Origin: an uncultured Acidobacteriota bacterium
Lineage (GTDB): Bacteria > Acidobacteriota > Vicinamibacteria > Vicinamibacterales > UBA2999
DNA: 64,000 bases
Direction of reading: 5' to 3'
Assembly (NCBI GenBank): GCA_963728305.1
Contig: CAVSKE010000040.1
Coordinates: 94,005 to 158,004, forward strand
Every line of letters starts with the position of its first letter. The first letter of the stretch is position 1. The notes below the pieces were generated by a model. The model saw only the letters and a program-made list of their open reading frames with translations, ran no database searches and was not told where the DNA came from. The translations under genes and the position numbers were made by a program. Shown here piece after piece: positions 11,354-24,482 of the stretch.

Positions 11354-12205
11354 ATGTTTCGACGAATCGTGTTCACCACGGCGGCACTCGCGTGGCTTGG
11401 TCATCGCACTCGCGGCGCAGCAGCGGCCGGCGGCCGTCAAGAGCGTCCGGCTCTACGTGTTCGAGAACGGCTCGATTCGCGGACTCGACCCCAAGCTGTT
11501 CAACTTCACCCGCCAGGAGCTGAAGGAGGTGGACTTCACCAACTCCTCCTACCTGATCGTCCACCCGAAGGGCACGCTCATGTTCGACGCCGGCGCCATC
11601 GAAGACAGCCATTTCAAGGGCGACGGCGCGCCGGTCACCGAAGGCATCCTGACCGCCACCAGGCCTCTGCTGCCACAGCTCAAGGCGGCGGGCTACTCGC
11701 CGTCCGACGTCACGTATTTCGCCATGTCGCACTACCACTCCGATCACACGGCCAACGCCAACGCGTTTGCCAGTGCGACCTGGATCGTCCAGAAGGCGGA
11801 GCGCGACTTCATGTTCGCCGACAAGCCTCAGGGCATCATTCAGCCCGCGCAGTACAACGCGCTGAGGAACGCCAAGACCGAGTTGCTCGAACGACGCAGA
11901 CTTCGACGTCTTCGGCGACGGGACTGTCGATCGTGAAGTCAGCGCCAGGACATACGCCCGGCCACCAGGTACTGTTCGTGAGGCTGCCGAAGACCGGACC
12001 GGTGCTGCTCGCCGGCGACCTGTATCACTATCCCGAAGAGCGCACGACCGGCCGCCTTCCGACCTTCGAGTTCAACACCGAGCAGTCGAAGGCATCGCGC
12101 GCGAAGATCGAGGCGTTCATCAAGCAGACAGGCGCGCAGCTGTGGATTGAGCACGACATCGCCACGCACGCGAAGCTGCCCAAGGCGCCGGCATTCGTCG
12201 AGTAG
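11354..12205 (+). CDS. Secreted metallo-beta-lactamase-fold N-acyl-homoserine-lactonase-like hydrolase (frameshifted)
   Basis: SHYHSDH, APGHTPGHQ, AGDLYHY motifs; signal peptide; GGAGG RBS. Confidence 0.8.
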   Translation: MFRRIVFTTAALAWLGHRTRGAAAAGGRQERPALRVRERLDSRTRPQAVQLHPPGAEGGGLHQLLLPDRPPEGHAHVRRRRHRRQPFQGRRRAGHRRHPDRHQASAATAQGGGLLAVRRHVFRHVALPLRSHGQRQRVCQCDLDRPEGGARLHVRRQASGHHSARAVQRAEERQDRVARTTQTSTSSATGLSIVKSAPGHTPGHQVLFVRLPKTGPVLLAGDLYHYPEERTTGRLPTFEFNTEQSKASRAKIEAFIKQTGAQLWIEHDIATHAKLPKAPAFVE

Positions 12206-12210
12206 GGGCC

Positions 12211-13268
12211 TTATCGTCGTCCCGCCGCTTGGGCCGCACGCTGGGCGCGGTAGTAGAGCACCTGGTATTGGTACACGTTCGCGTTGTGCTCCTTGAGCGT
12301 CGTCGCGAATACGTGTGAGCCATCGTTACGGCTCACGAAGTAGAGATACGGCACGTCGGCCGGCGAGAGCGCGGCTTCCAGGGACGCCCGGCCCGGTGCG
12401 GCAATCGGGCCCGGCGGCAGTCCCGGGTAACGGTAGGTGTTGTACGGCGAGTCGAAGCTCAGATCCTCACGCCTGATGTTGCCGTCGTACTTCCCGGCCT
12501 TCATCAGCGCGTAGACAACGGTCGGATCCGCCTGCATGCCCATGCCCTGCTTCATGCGGTTGCGGTACACCGCCGCGACGAGCGGACGTTCATCGGCTCT
12601 CGCGGTTTCCTTCTCGATCAGTGACGCGAGCGTGACCACCTGGCGCGTCGTCAACTGCTGGGCCTCGGCACGAGCCCGCAGTGTGTCGTCATACGAGGCC
12701 CGAAACCGATCCACCATCATCGCGACGACACGCGCCGCGTCGGCGCGGCGCGGCAGCGAATAGGTTTCAGGAAACAGATAGCCTTCGAGGTCCCTGGCTC
12801 TCGCGTCGAGGTCTTTGACCAGCGCGCCGTCGCTGGCCGCCTTGATGAAGGCTTGCGCAGGACCGAAGCCTCGCGACTCGAACACCTTCGCCATCTCCCC
12901 GATCGTCAGGCCCTCGGGGAATGTGAGGCGCTGCGTGTACACGTCGCCACTGGCCACCTTGTCGACGACAGCGAGCGGACGTGAGCGGCTGATCGAAACG
13001 GTACTCGCCCGCCTGGAGCGAACGCGAGCGGCCGGACCACCACATCGCGGCACGCAGGATGAAATCGTCGGAGACGACGCCGGCATCGAGCAGACGACGG
13101 CGAATCTCGGGCGAGCCGGCGCCCTGCGGAATTTCGACGAACACTTCCGGCGCCGTCGTAGCCCTTGTACGGCTCGTGGAGACGGCGCCGCAGTTCGTTG
13201 ACCAGCAGCGCTCCGGCCACAGCCACGACAACGATGATGGTGACCAGCGCGATCAGCAGTTTACGCAT
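12211..13268 (-). CDS. mltG: Endolytic transglycosylase MltG (frameshifted)
   Basis: N-terminal TM, EGYLFPETY, LASLIEKET, QADPTVVY, SPYNTY, GLPPGPI. Confidence 0.93.
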
Positions 13269-13715
13269 CACTGTTCGTCGAGATAGTCCTGAAGGATGAT
13301 GGCGGCCGCGGCCGCATCGATCTGTTTCTTGCGCACACGCCAGTCCTTCTCGCGGATGCGCGAGACGGCTTTCCGCTTCCCGGCTCGTCAAACGCTCATC
13401 CTGGAGGACGACCGGCACGGCCATCCGGGCGCCCAGCGCAGCCGCAAACGCCTGGACGCGCGGGGTCATGTCGTTCGGCGATCCGTCGAGGCGTCGCGGA
13501 AGCCCGACCACCAGCGACGCAAGGCCATCCTCTTCCGCCGCGAGTCGCGAGAGCTCGCTGACGGCGCGATCGAGCGCATCGCCGTCGAGCCCGGACGTCT
13601 GCAGCACGCCGACCGGCCGGGCCAGGGTGCCCGTCACGTCGCTCACCGCCACACCGATCCGCCGCTCGCCGACATCCAGCCCTGCCACGCGTCCCACGTC
13701 GTATAATTCTCGCAT
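13268..13715 (-). CDS. ruvX: YqgF/RuvX pre-16S rRNA nuclease (frameshifted)
   Basis: GLDVGERRIGVAVSD, VVGLP, DERLTSREAE, IDAAAAAIILQDYLD. Confidence 0.9.
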
Positions 13716-14859
13716 TCCTCGCTCATCTTCTCTTCTCCGTCGAGCGGCGGTGGCGGTTGCGGCCGCCGCGGTGACCGCTGCCCTGGCGGCTCAGACGCCA
13801 CCTGCCCCCGACACCCAGGGGCAACGCATCACCGATCGCATCCGCGCCCTCCAGCGCGAAGCCGATCGGCTGGCGGGTGAAGCGCGAACGCTCGTCGGCG
13901 ATCTGCGCAAGCTGGAAGTGGAACGCGACCTCAAGGCCGAACAAGCCAAGCAGGCGGCTGCCGAGGCCGCCGCCGCTCAGGACTCGCTGCGGCAAACGAC
14001 CGATCGACTGGCCAGCCTGGAACTGCAGCGTTTGGCGCAGTTGCCGGACATGAAGCAGCAGTTGATCGACGTATACAAGCGGGGACGCAGTGGATATGCG
14101 CGCTTGCTCGTCGGTGCGCGGGACTTCCGCGAGTTCGCCCGCGCGGCGCGTGCGGTCGCCTCCCTCGCCAGCGTCAACCAGAAGCGCAGGGAGGAACACC
14201 TGCGGACGCTCGAGGCACTGCGCAAGGAGAGAACCGCGTTCGAGCAGCGGGCGCGTGAGCTGCAGTCGCGTGATGCCGCGGCAAAGAAGGCTCGCGCCGA
14301 GGCTGAGCGCGCCGTCGCGGCACGCACCGAACGCATGGCGGAGATCGATTCGCGCCGCGACCTCACCGCCCAGTACGTCGGCGAACTGCAGGTGGCCTAC
14401 GACAAGATTCAACAGCAGCTCAACGCCAGCGAGAGCCGTGGTGACGCCGTTTCCGTCCCCCTGCTCCCCTTCCGCGGCGCGCTCGACTGGCCGACGACGG
14501 GCCGGATCAGCAGCCGGTTCGGCCAGGCCGAAGGCCGGCTGGGTGGAAGTGCCGTCAAAAACGGCATCGAGATCGCTTCGACGGAGGACCTCCCGGTGAG
14601 GGCGGTGCACGGTGGCACGGTGGCGTACGCCGACGTCTTTACCGGTCTCGGCACGCTGGTGATTCTCGACCACGGCGGCAACAACTACTCGCTCTATGGG
14701 TATCTCGGGTCGGCCGGCGTGCAAATGGGAGCGACGGTGGAAACCGGCGCGGAAATCGGCCGTGTGGGCGCGTCGCCAGCTGGACCGCCCGCGCTGTATT
14801 TCGAGCTCCGCGTCGACGGTAAACCGACAGATCCCGTACAATGGCTAAAGTCTCGGTAA
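13714..14859 (+). CDS. envC: EnvC-like coiled-coil + degenerate M23 murein hydrolase activator (start uncertain)
   Basis: Signal peptide, long coiled coil, WPTTG, KNGIEI, LYFELR; Zn-ligand motifs HxxxD/HxH absent. Confidence 0.8.
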   Translation: MPRSSSLLRRAAVAVAAAAVTAALAAQTPPAPDTQGQRITDRIRALQREADRLAGEARTLVGDLRKLEVERDLKAEQAKQAAAEAAAAQDSLRQTTDRLASLELQRLAQLPDMKQQLIDVYKRGRSGYARLLVGARDFREFARAARAVASLASVNQKRREEHLRTLEALRKERTAFEQRARELQSRDAAAKKARAEAERAVAARTERMAEIDSRRDLTAQYVGELQVAYDKIQQQLNASESRGDAVSVPLLPFRGALDWPTTGRISSRFGQAEGRLGGSAVKNGIEIASTEDLPVRAVHGGTVAYADVFTGLGTLVILDHGGNNYSLYGYLGSAGVQMGATVETGAEIGRVGASPAGPPALYFELRVDGKPTDPVQWLKSR

Positions 14860-14881
14860 TTCCCTCATATCGGAGTTCTTG

Positions 14882-16045
14882 ATGACTGCTCGCACCCGCC
14901 TTTGGGTTCTCTTCATATCGACCCCGATGATCGTGTTCGTCCTGGTGGGCGCATACCTTGGGCAGGCACTGGCGAAAGACGACACCTATCAGCACCTCCG
15001 GGTCTTCGATGATGTCGTCACTCACGTCGTCAATAATTACGTCGAGGAAGTGGATCTCAAGCAGGCGATGCGGGGCGCGATGCGCGGCATGGCCGAGGCG
15101 CTCGATGCCGACAGCGCCTTCCTGACCGCCGATCTGGTCCGCACCGTCGAAAGCAACTCGAGCGCCGGTCCTGCCGACGTCGGGATCGAGCTGGTTCGGC
15201 AGTATTACCTGCGCGTCGTGTCCGCACGTGAAGGATCGCCGGCCGCCAAGGCCGGCCTCCGCACCGGCGACTTCATTCGCGCGATCGACAACAAGCCCAC
15301 GCGCGACATGTCGGCGTACGAAGGCGCGCGACTCCTGCGCGGTGCCGCGGGCTCGAAGGTCAACCTCCTGGTCTTCCGCGGCAACGCCGCCGATCCTCAC
15401 GAGGTGACGCTGATCCGTGAGCGCATCGCGGGACCGGAACTGACCTCGCGGATGGCCAATCCCACCACCGGCTACCTCCGGATCGTTGATTTCACGAAAG
15501 AGTCGCCGGCCCGGATCAAGCAGGCGGTCGACGCGCTCGCCAAATCGGGCGCGACGCGCTACGTGATCGATCTGCGGGGTACGGCGCGTGGCGATCTGGA
15601 CGATGGCGTCGCGGCCGCACGGCTGTTCGTCCGTGCCGGCGTTCTCTCGGTGAAGCAGACGAAGGCCGGGCGCGACGTCGTCTCGGCGCAGGTCGCTGAT
15701 GCAGTGATCAGCGCGCCGGTGGAGCTGCTCGTCGATCAGGGCACCGCGGCTGCCGCCGAAGTGTTTGCCTCAGCGCTCGCCGACAACGACCGCGCGGATC
15801 TCGTAGGCGAACGGACGCTCGGACGCGCCGCGCGTCAGCAGCTCGTGAAGCTGCCCGACGGCAGTGGATTGCTGCTCTCCTCAACGCGATACCTCACGCC
15901 GAAGAACGAAGGCATCCACGAGCGCGGTCTCACACCCGACGTCGAAGTCGATCAGCCCGACGTCGAGTTCGGCGCGACGCCGCCGGCCAAGGATGAGACG
16001 CTCGACAAGGCGCTCGAACGTCTCGCCGACAAGAAAGCCGCATAG
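14882..16045 (+). CDS. S41 (CtpA-like) PDZ peptidase homolog lacking catalytic Ser/Lys
   Basis: PDZ (SPAAKAGLRTGD), IDLRG, GTAAAAEVFA, GERTLGRA, GLTPDV. Confidence 0.85.
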   Translation: MTARTRLWVLFISTPMIVFVLVGAYLGQALAKDDTYQHLRVFDDVVTHVVNNYVEEVDLKQAMRGAMRGMAEALDADSAFLTADLVRTVESNSSAGPADVGIELVRQYYLRVVSAREGSPAAKAGLRTGDFIRAIDNKPTRDMSAYEGARLLRGAAGSKVNLLVFRGNAADPHEVTLIRERIAGPELTSRMANPTTGYLRIVDFTKESPARIKQAVDALAKSGATRYVIDLRGTARGDLDDGVAAARLFVRAGVLSVKQTKAGRDVVSAQVADAVISAPVELLVDQGTAAAAEVFASALADNDRADLVGERTLGRAARQQLVKLPDGSGLLLSSTRYLTPKNEGIHERGLTPDVEVDQPDVEFGATPPAKDETLDKALERLADKKAA

Positions 16046-16046
16046 G

Positions 16047-16163
16047 CGTTCGGATCGTTCGAGTCGTTCGGTTCGTTCGATCAGAGCACTCGTCGAACGA
16101 CACGAACGATCCGAACGCCCAGAACGATCCGAACGTTTCGAACGCACGAACGATCCGAACGAT
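16047..16163. repeat. Hairpin of inverted 9-bp tandem repeats (CGTTCGGAT / ATCCGAACG)
   Basis: About 4 forward units, then about 8 reverse-complement units. Confidence 0.85.
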
Positions 16164-16170
16164 TCCGTTG

Positions 16171-16199
16171 TTGACTCCCCAATGGCCGTCGCGTATAAC
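16171..16199 (+). promoter_or_regulatory. Sigma70-type promoter of the HU gene
   Basis: TTGACT-N17-TATAAC. Confidence 0.7.
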
Positions 16200-16256
16200 C
16201 GCGAGCCATGACGCGCGCGCGAACACTTCACGCGCCTGCGGTCGGAGGAGATCTCG

Positions 16257-16529
16257 ATGAACAAACAGGATTTGATCACGAAGATCGCGAAAGACACCGG
16301 CTCATCGAAGGCGGGCGCGGCCGCTGCAGTCGATTCGCTGATCGACGGCATCACCAGATCGCTCAAGAAGGGTGACTCCATCACGTTCGTCGGCTTCGGG
16401 ACGTTCAAGACGGCGCTGCGGAAAGCGCGCACCGCGCGCAATCCCCAGACCGGTGCGGCCATCAAGATCCCGAAGCGCCGCGTCGTCCGCTTCAGCGCGG
16501 GAAAAGCGTTGAAGGAACACGTGCGCTAG
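16257..16529 (+). CDS. hup: DNA-binding protein HU
   Basis: MNKQDLI, GFGTF, ARTARNPQTG, FSAGKALK; GGAGG RBS. Confidence 0.96.
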   Translation: MNKQDLITKIAKDTGSSKAGAAAAVDSLIDGITRSLKKGDSITFVGFGTFKTALRKARTARNPQTGAAIKIPKRRVVRFSAGKALKEHVR

Positions 16530-16540
16530 CGCGTGTTCCT

Positions 16541-16676
16541 TCAAGGTCAAGGGTCAAAGGGCGAACGTCAAAGGTCAGATAACGGCCCAGACCGACGCCT
16601 TTGCCCTCGACTCACACCTTTGCTTCCGACCAACACCCTGTCGCCTGTCCCTTCGCCCTTTGCCTTTTGCCCTTCT
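16541..16676. repeat. Hairpin of inverted 7-bp tandem repeats (CAAAGGK / CCTTTGC)
   Basis: tcaaggtcaagggtcaaagggcgaacgtcaaagg ... cccttcgccctttgccttttgccctt; a separate 13-bp stem (16509-16544) spans the HU stop. Confidence 0.75.
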
Positions 16677-16718
16677 GTTATACTGAACGTTCGTTTTTGG
16701 CCTGATTTCGCTGGCTAT

Positions 16719-16795
16719 AGGCGCGTAGCTCAGTTGGTTAGAGCGCCTCCCTGACACGGAGGAGGTCAGTGGTTCGAGTCCACCCGCGCCTACCA
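16719..16795 (+). tRNA. tRNA-Val(GAC)
   Basis: Acceptor AGGCGCG/CGCGCCT, anticodon arm CCTCC-CTGACAC-GGAGG, GGTTCGAGTCC T-loop, encoded CCA; upstream TGTTATACT extended -10. Confidence 0.97.
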
Positions 16796-16935
16796 TCCTT
16801 CGACTCACGCCTGCGGCGTCGCATGCGCCGAACCGCAGCGTTCGCGCATGGCGGCGAGCCAGTCGACCAACGACGTCGAACGAGCAACGCGATGGCAGAG
16901 TCAGGACAAGCTTCCGCAGTTTCTCCACGACGCTA

Positions 16936-18901
16936 ATGAGCCAGGTCGACGATCACACTTCCCGACGGATCCAGTCGAAGTGTGCCCGCCGGAACGACGG
17001 TCGCCGATCTCGCGACGTCGATCTCGCCTGGCCTGGCCAAGGCGGCGCTCGCCGGGAAAGTAGACAGTCGCCTTGTCGATCTGTCGTACCCGCTGAACAC
17101 GGACGCCTCGGTCCAGATCATCACCTCGAAGAACGCCGCGGAGGCGCTGCCGCTCTATCGCCACAGCACCGCGCATCTGCTCGCCGCAGCCGTGACGAAC
17201 ATGTTTCCCGGCGTGCAGTGCGGCATCGGTCCGCCGACTGACGAAGGCTTCTTCTACGACTTCGTGGTCCCGCGGCCGTTCGTGCCCGAGGATCTGGAGG
17301 CCATCGAGCAGAGGATGCGCGAGCTGGCCGAACAGGATCTGATCTTCGAGCGCCAGATGTGGTCGCGCGACGAGGCCAAGCGCTTCTTCGGCGCGCGCGG
17401 TGAGCAGCTCAAGGTGCAGTTGATCGAGGAGAAGACCGAAGGCCAGACGCACGTCTCCTGCTACACGATCAAAGACAAGGAGACGTTCGTCGACTTCTGC
17501 GTCGGTCCGCACGTCCCGTCCACCGGACGGCTGAAAGCGTTCAAGCTGCTCAGCACGTCGAACGCCTACTGGAAGGGCGACGCGCGCAATCAACCGATGC
17601 AGCGCGTTTACGGCACCGCGTTCCTCTCCGAGAAGGAACTGCAGGAGCATCTGCGCCGAGTCGAGGAAGCCAAGAAGCGCGACCACCGGAAGATCGGCCG
17701 CGAGCAGCGCCTGTTCATGTTCCATCACTGGGCGCCGGGCGCGACGTTCTGGCTGCCGAAAGGAACGGTGCTCTACAACACTCTGGGCAATTACATGCGC
17801 GGACTGCTGATTCCCAACGGGTACACCGAGGTCAAGGCGCCGATCGTCTTCAACAAGGACCTCTGGGTCACGTCAGGACACTGGCAGCACTACCGCGAGA
17901 ACATGTTCCTCGTCGAGTCCGAGGGCGAGCAGATGGGCCTCAAGGCGATGAACTGCCCCGGCCACTATCTGATGTACGCCAGCGAGGTCCGCAGCTATCG
18001 CGATCTGCCAATCCGGTTCCACGAGCAGACGCCACTGCACCGTAACGAGGCTTCGGGCGTGCTGACGGGACTCACCCGCGTCCGGCAGTTCAGCCAGGAC
18101 GATGGCCACTGCTTCATCATGGAGTCGCAGATAGGCGACGAGGTCGAGCGTCTGCTCGGCCTGGTGCAGCGGGTGCACGACGACTTCGGGCTCGAGTATT
18201 CGATCAAGCTGTCGACGCGCCCCGAGGAGTTCATGGGCACGATCGAGACGTGGAACCATGCCGAGGCGGAGCTCAAGGCGGCGCTCGACCGTGCCGGCAA
18301 GCCCTACACGATCAACGAGGGTGACGGGGCGTTCTACGGCCCGAAGATCGATTTCGACATCACCGACGCCATCGGCCGGAAGTGGCAGTGCTCCACAATC
18401 CAGCTCGATTACATGAACCCCGAGCGTTTCGACCTGAAATACGTCGGCGCGGACAACGCGGAGCACCGGCCCGTCGTAATCCATCGTGCAATCTTCGGCA
18501 GCCTCGAACGGTTCATAGCCCTGCTGATCGAGCACTTCGCTGGCGCGTGGCCGTTGTGGCTGGCCCCGATTCAGGCCATCGTCATGCCGATTTCCGACCG
18601 CCATCGCGACTACGCAGTCGGGGTCCGGGACCAGCTGGCTGCCGCCGGGCTGCGCGTCGAACTGGACGACCGCCAGGAGAAGATTGGTTATAAGATTCGG
18701 GAGGCCCAGCTGCAGAAGATCCCTTACATGCTGGTGACGGGCGATCGCGAGGCCGCCGAAGGGGCGGTTTCGGTGCGCAGTCGTTCGGCCGGCGACTTGG
18801 GGTCGCGTGCACTCGACACGTTCATTCAGGACGCGCTCGAGGAGATTCGCCGGAAGGATCAATCGGGACCGGCGCCCGTAGCCGAGCATCAGCCGGCGTA
18901 G
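16936..18901 (+). CDS. thrS: Threonine--tRNA ligase (indel near start)
   Basis: TGS domain, HSTAHLLA, CVGPH, RDHRKIG, KAMNCPGH, GAFYGPKID. Confidence 0.97.
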
Positions 18902-18910
18902 GAGGACGTT

Positions 18911-19504
18911 ATAGCTTTCGATCGTTCGCCCAGACGTGATGATCGCGTTCGTACCAACGAGCGCATCCGTGTTCGCGAAGTCCGGGTCATCGACGAGACC
19001 GGACAACAGCTGGGGATCATGCCGCCGCCGCAGGCGCTCATCATCGCGCGTCAGAAAGGGCTCGACCTGGTCGAGATCTCTCCGACGGCGGTGCCTCCGG
19101 TCTGCCGGATCATGGACTTTGGCCAGTATCAGTATCAGGAGCAGAAGCGCGCCCGTGAGGCGAAGAAGCATCAGCGGGTGATCGAGGTCAAGGAGATCAA
19201 GTTCCGGCCCAAGGTCGATGTGCACGACTACGAGTTCAAGAAGAAGCACATCGAGCGATTCCTGGCTGAGGGCGACAAGGTCAAGGCGACCATCTTCTTC
19301 CGCGGCCGCGAAATGGCGCACCCGGAGATCGGACGGCGCATTCTCGAGCGCCTGATGTCCGAACTGGCGGACATCGCACTGGCCGAGACGATGCCGCGTC
19401 AGGAGGGCAATCAGATGCACGTCATCCTGACCCAGCGGACTGGACGAAAGAGCCCGCCGAAAGCGAAGCCCGAAACGGCCGCCGGGCCGGAGACAGACGA
19501 GTAG
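18911..19504 (+). CDS. infC: Translation initiation factor IF-3, non-canonical ATA start
   Basis: GGAGG at 18901, then in-frame ATA; [36 protein letters not shown]. Confidence 0.93.
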   Translation: MAFDRSPRRDDRVRTNERIRVREVRVIDETGQQLGIMPPPQALIIARQKGLDLVEISPTAVPPVCRIMDFGQYQYQEQKRAREAKKHQRVIEVKEIKFRPKVDVHDYEFKKKHIERFLAEGDKVKATIFFRGREMAHPEIGRRILERLMSELADIALAETMPRQEGNQMHVILTQRTGRKSPPKAKPETAAGPETDE

Positions 19505-19508
19505 AGAC

Positions 19509-19706
19509 ATGCCGAAACTGAAAACACATCGTGGCGCCGCCAAGCGCTTCAAGAAGACCGGAACGGGCAAGATCGTCCGGGCCAGCGCGTTCAAGCGCCA
19601 CATCCTGACGAGCAAGACGACCAAGAGCAAGCGCCACAAGCGCGGCACCAAGCAGGTGGCCGATGGGGACGAACCCAAGCTGCAGCGGATGCTTCCGTAT
19701 AAGTGA
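19509..19706 (+). CDS. rpmI: 50S ribosomal protein L35
   Basis: [21 protein letters not shown]. Confidence 0.98.
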   Translation: MPKLKTHRGAAKRFKKTGTGKIVRASAFKRHILTSKTTKSKRHKRGTKQVADGDEPKLQRMLPYK

Positions 19707-19711
19707 TGCGT

Positions 19712-19789
19712 GTAATGCAAAATGCAAAATGCAGAATGCAAGAAGGCGTTCTGCATTGTTTGCATTTTGACTTTTGCATTTTGAATTAC
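19712..19789. repeat. Hairpin of inverted 7-bp tandem repeats (AATGCAA / TTGCATT)
   Basis: gtaatgcaaaatgcaaaatgcagaatgc...ttctgcattgtttgcattttgacttttgcattttgaattac. Confidence 0.85.
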
Positions 19790-19802
19790 GAGAGTCAGTG
19801 AG

Positions 19803-20174
19803 ATGCCGAGAGTAAAAAGAGGAACAGTTCGCCGCGCCAAGCGGAAGAAGCTTCTCGCCCGTGCCAAAGGCTTCTATCAGACCAAGAGCAAGCTGTATCG
19901 TGCCGCGAAACAGTCGGTCGACACGGCGCTGAAGTACGCCTACGTCGGCCGCAAGAACAAGAAGCGCGAGTATCGCCGACTCTGGGTGGTCCGCATCAAC
20001 GCCGCTGCGCGCGAGAATGGGCTGACCTACTCGCAGATGATGCGCGGGCTCAAAGCCGCCGGCAGCACCATCGACCGCAAGATGCTGGCCGATCTCGCCG
20101 CCACGCAGCCGACCGCGTTTGCCAAGGTCGCCGCGCAGGCGAAGGCCGCGCTGCCAGCCGGAACCGCCGCCTGA
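19803..20174 (+). CDS. rplT: 50S ribosomal protein L20
   Basis: [33 protein letters not shown]. Confidence 0.98.
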   Translation: MPRVKRGTVRRAKRKKLLARAKGFYQTKSKLYRAAKQSVDTALKYAYVGRKNKKREYRRLWVVRINAAARENGLTYSQMMRGLKAAGSTIDRKMLADLAATQPTAFAKVAAQAKAALPAGTAA

Positions 20175-20175
20175 A

Positions 20176-20257
20176 TCAATGCCCAATGCTCAAGGCTCAA
20201 TGCTCAATGCTCAATCCGTTGGGCATTGGGCATTCCGCATTGCGCATTGAGCATTGA
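20176..20257. repeat. Hairpin of inverted 7-bp tandem repeats (CAATGCT / GCATTGR)
   Basis: tcaatgcccaatgctcaaggctcaatgctcaatgctc...gggcattgggcattccgcattgcgcattgagcattga. Confidence 0.85.
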
Positions 20258-20259
20258 CC

Positions 20260-23466
<3,207 letters not shown>

Positions 23467-23552
23467 CGCGCAGTGGGCAGTTGGGAGTTGACCAACTGAG
23501 AGATGTCGTGGCACCATCTCCTCCACACTCCCAGAGCAAAGGAACCCAGCGG

Positions 23553-23828
23553 ATGGCAAAACAGGCGGTAGCAGCGCGCATTGATCTGGACCCGATCGAT
23601 CGACTCGAGGAAAAGGTGAAGCTGCTCGTCAGCGTCGTGGCCCAGCTGCGCCGCGAGCATGCGAAAGTCCTCGACGACAACTCGCGACTGATTCGCGAGC
23701 TCGACAGCATGCGCTCGCGTCTGGCCGAAAACGAAGTCACCGGCAGCGAGCTGTCGTCGTTGCGTGAGGAACGCGAACTGATTCGGGCCCGCGTCGCCGA
23801 GATGCTCGAGCAGCTCGAGGCGATCTGA
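23553..23828 (+). CDS. zapB: Coiled-coil cell division protein, ZapB-like
   Basis: 91-aa coiled coil (LEEKVKLLV...RVAEMLEQLEAI) directly upstream of zapA. Confidence 0.7.
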   Translation: MAKQAVAARIDLDPIDRLEEKVKLLVSVVAQLRREHAKVLDDNSRLIRELDSMRSRLAENEVTGSELSSLREERELIRARVAEMLEQLEAI

Positions 23829-23846
23829 CGTGAACCATCGTCGAGG

Positions 23847-24155
23847 ATGAGCAGCGTGGTCACAGTCGAAATCGCAGGACAGCGATACCCGATTCGCAGT
23901 GGGCTCGACGAGCGCTACGTCACAGAGCTCGCTGCCTATGTTGACCAGAAGATGCGTGCCGCCTCAGATGCTGCGCCGGCCAGCGACATGCTCGGCCTGG
24001 CCGTCCTCGTCGCGCTGAATATCGCCGACGAGTTCTTCCGTGAACGCGACCGCGAAGTGCATCTCCCGACCGGCGAGTTCCACGAGCGGGCCGCGCGTCT
24101 CGAGCGCATCGTGGACGAAGCGCTCGCGCAGGTTTCAGTCAAACAAGCCGTCTAG
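23847..24155 (+). CDS. zapA: Cell division protein ZapA
   Basis: VTVEIAGQRYPI, LAAYVDQKM, LAVLVALNIADE. Confidence 0.92.
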   Translation: MSSVVTVEIAGQRYPIRSGLDERYVTELAAYVDQKMRAASDAAPASDMLGLAVLVALNIADEFFRERDREVHLPTGEFHERAARLERIVDEALAQVSVKQAV

Positions 24156-24173
24156 CGGGCGTCCCTCGACCTG

Positions 24174-24202
24174 TTGACCGGCCCTGGATCGCACGATAAG
24201 AT
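24174..24202 (+). promoter_or_regulatory. Sigma70 promoter of 6S RNA
   Basis: TTGACC-N17-TAAGAT. Confidence 0.7.
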
Positions 24203-24207
24203 CCCCT

Positions 24208-24395
24208 GAGCTCCTGCTTTGCTCGTGATGGTTTTCGGAGGCTCGTCTGAGCCAACGTTAATCCCAAGTGAGCCGCGAGGTTGCGCGTTGTGCACGCCTC
24301 TGTTTCGAGGAAGCCTGAAGCGCGACCGATAACAGCGGCTCCACCTGCTTTCGCAGGTTCATTCGACCTCCCCACACGGCAAAGCGGGGCTTTTT
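24208..24395 (+). ncRNA. ssrS: 6S RNA (SsrS)
   Basis: Canonical position after zapA; ~185 nt; 5' GCTCCTGCTTTGC pairs with 3' GCAAAGCGGGGC, followed by a U-tract; own promoter. Confidence 0.8.
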
Positions 24396-24482
24396 CTTTT
24401 CTCGCCGTTGATCGGCCGGCGGAAGCCGGACACGACATTCCGCGGCGCTTCCTGTGGAAGCGCCGCTCCCTGCGGATCATCT

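Noticed and set aside
16719-16935. Genomic island integrated at tRNA-Val, or a T-box leader for thrS
   Set aside because: No integrase or duplicated tRNA 3' end seen; the leader is short and lacks a T-box motif
17873-19867. 664-aa antisense ORF (likewise 119-1894, 46780-48363, 59217-60611 and many others)
   Set aside because: Shadow ORFs opposite well-supported genes in high-GC DNA; no recognisable motifs
24208-24480. TPP riboswitch upstream of thiL
   Set aside because: No CTGAGA/TPP core architecture; the position after zapA and end-to-end pairing fit 6S RNA
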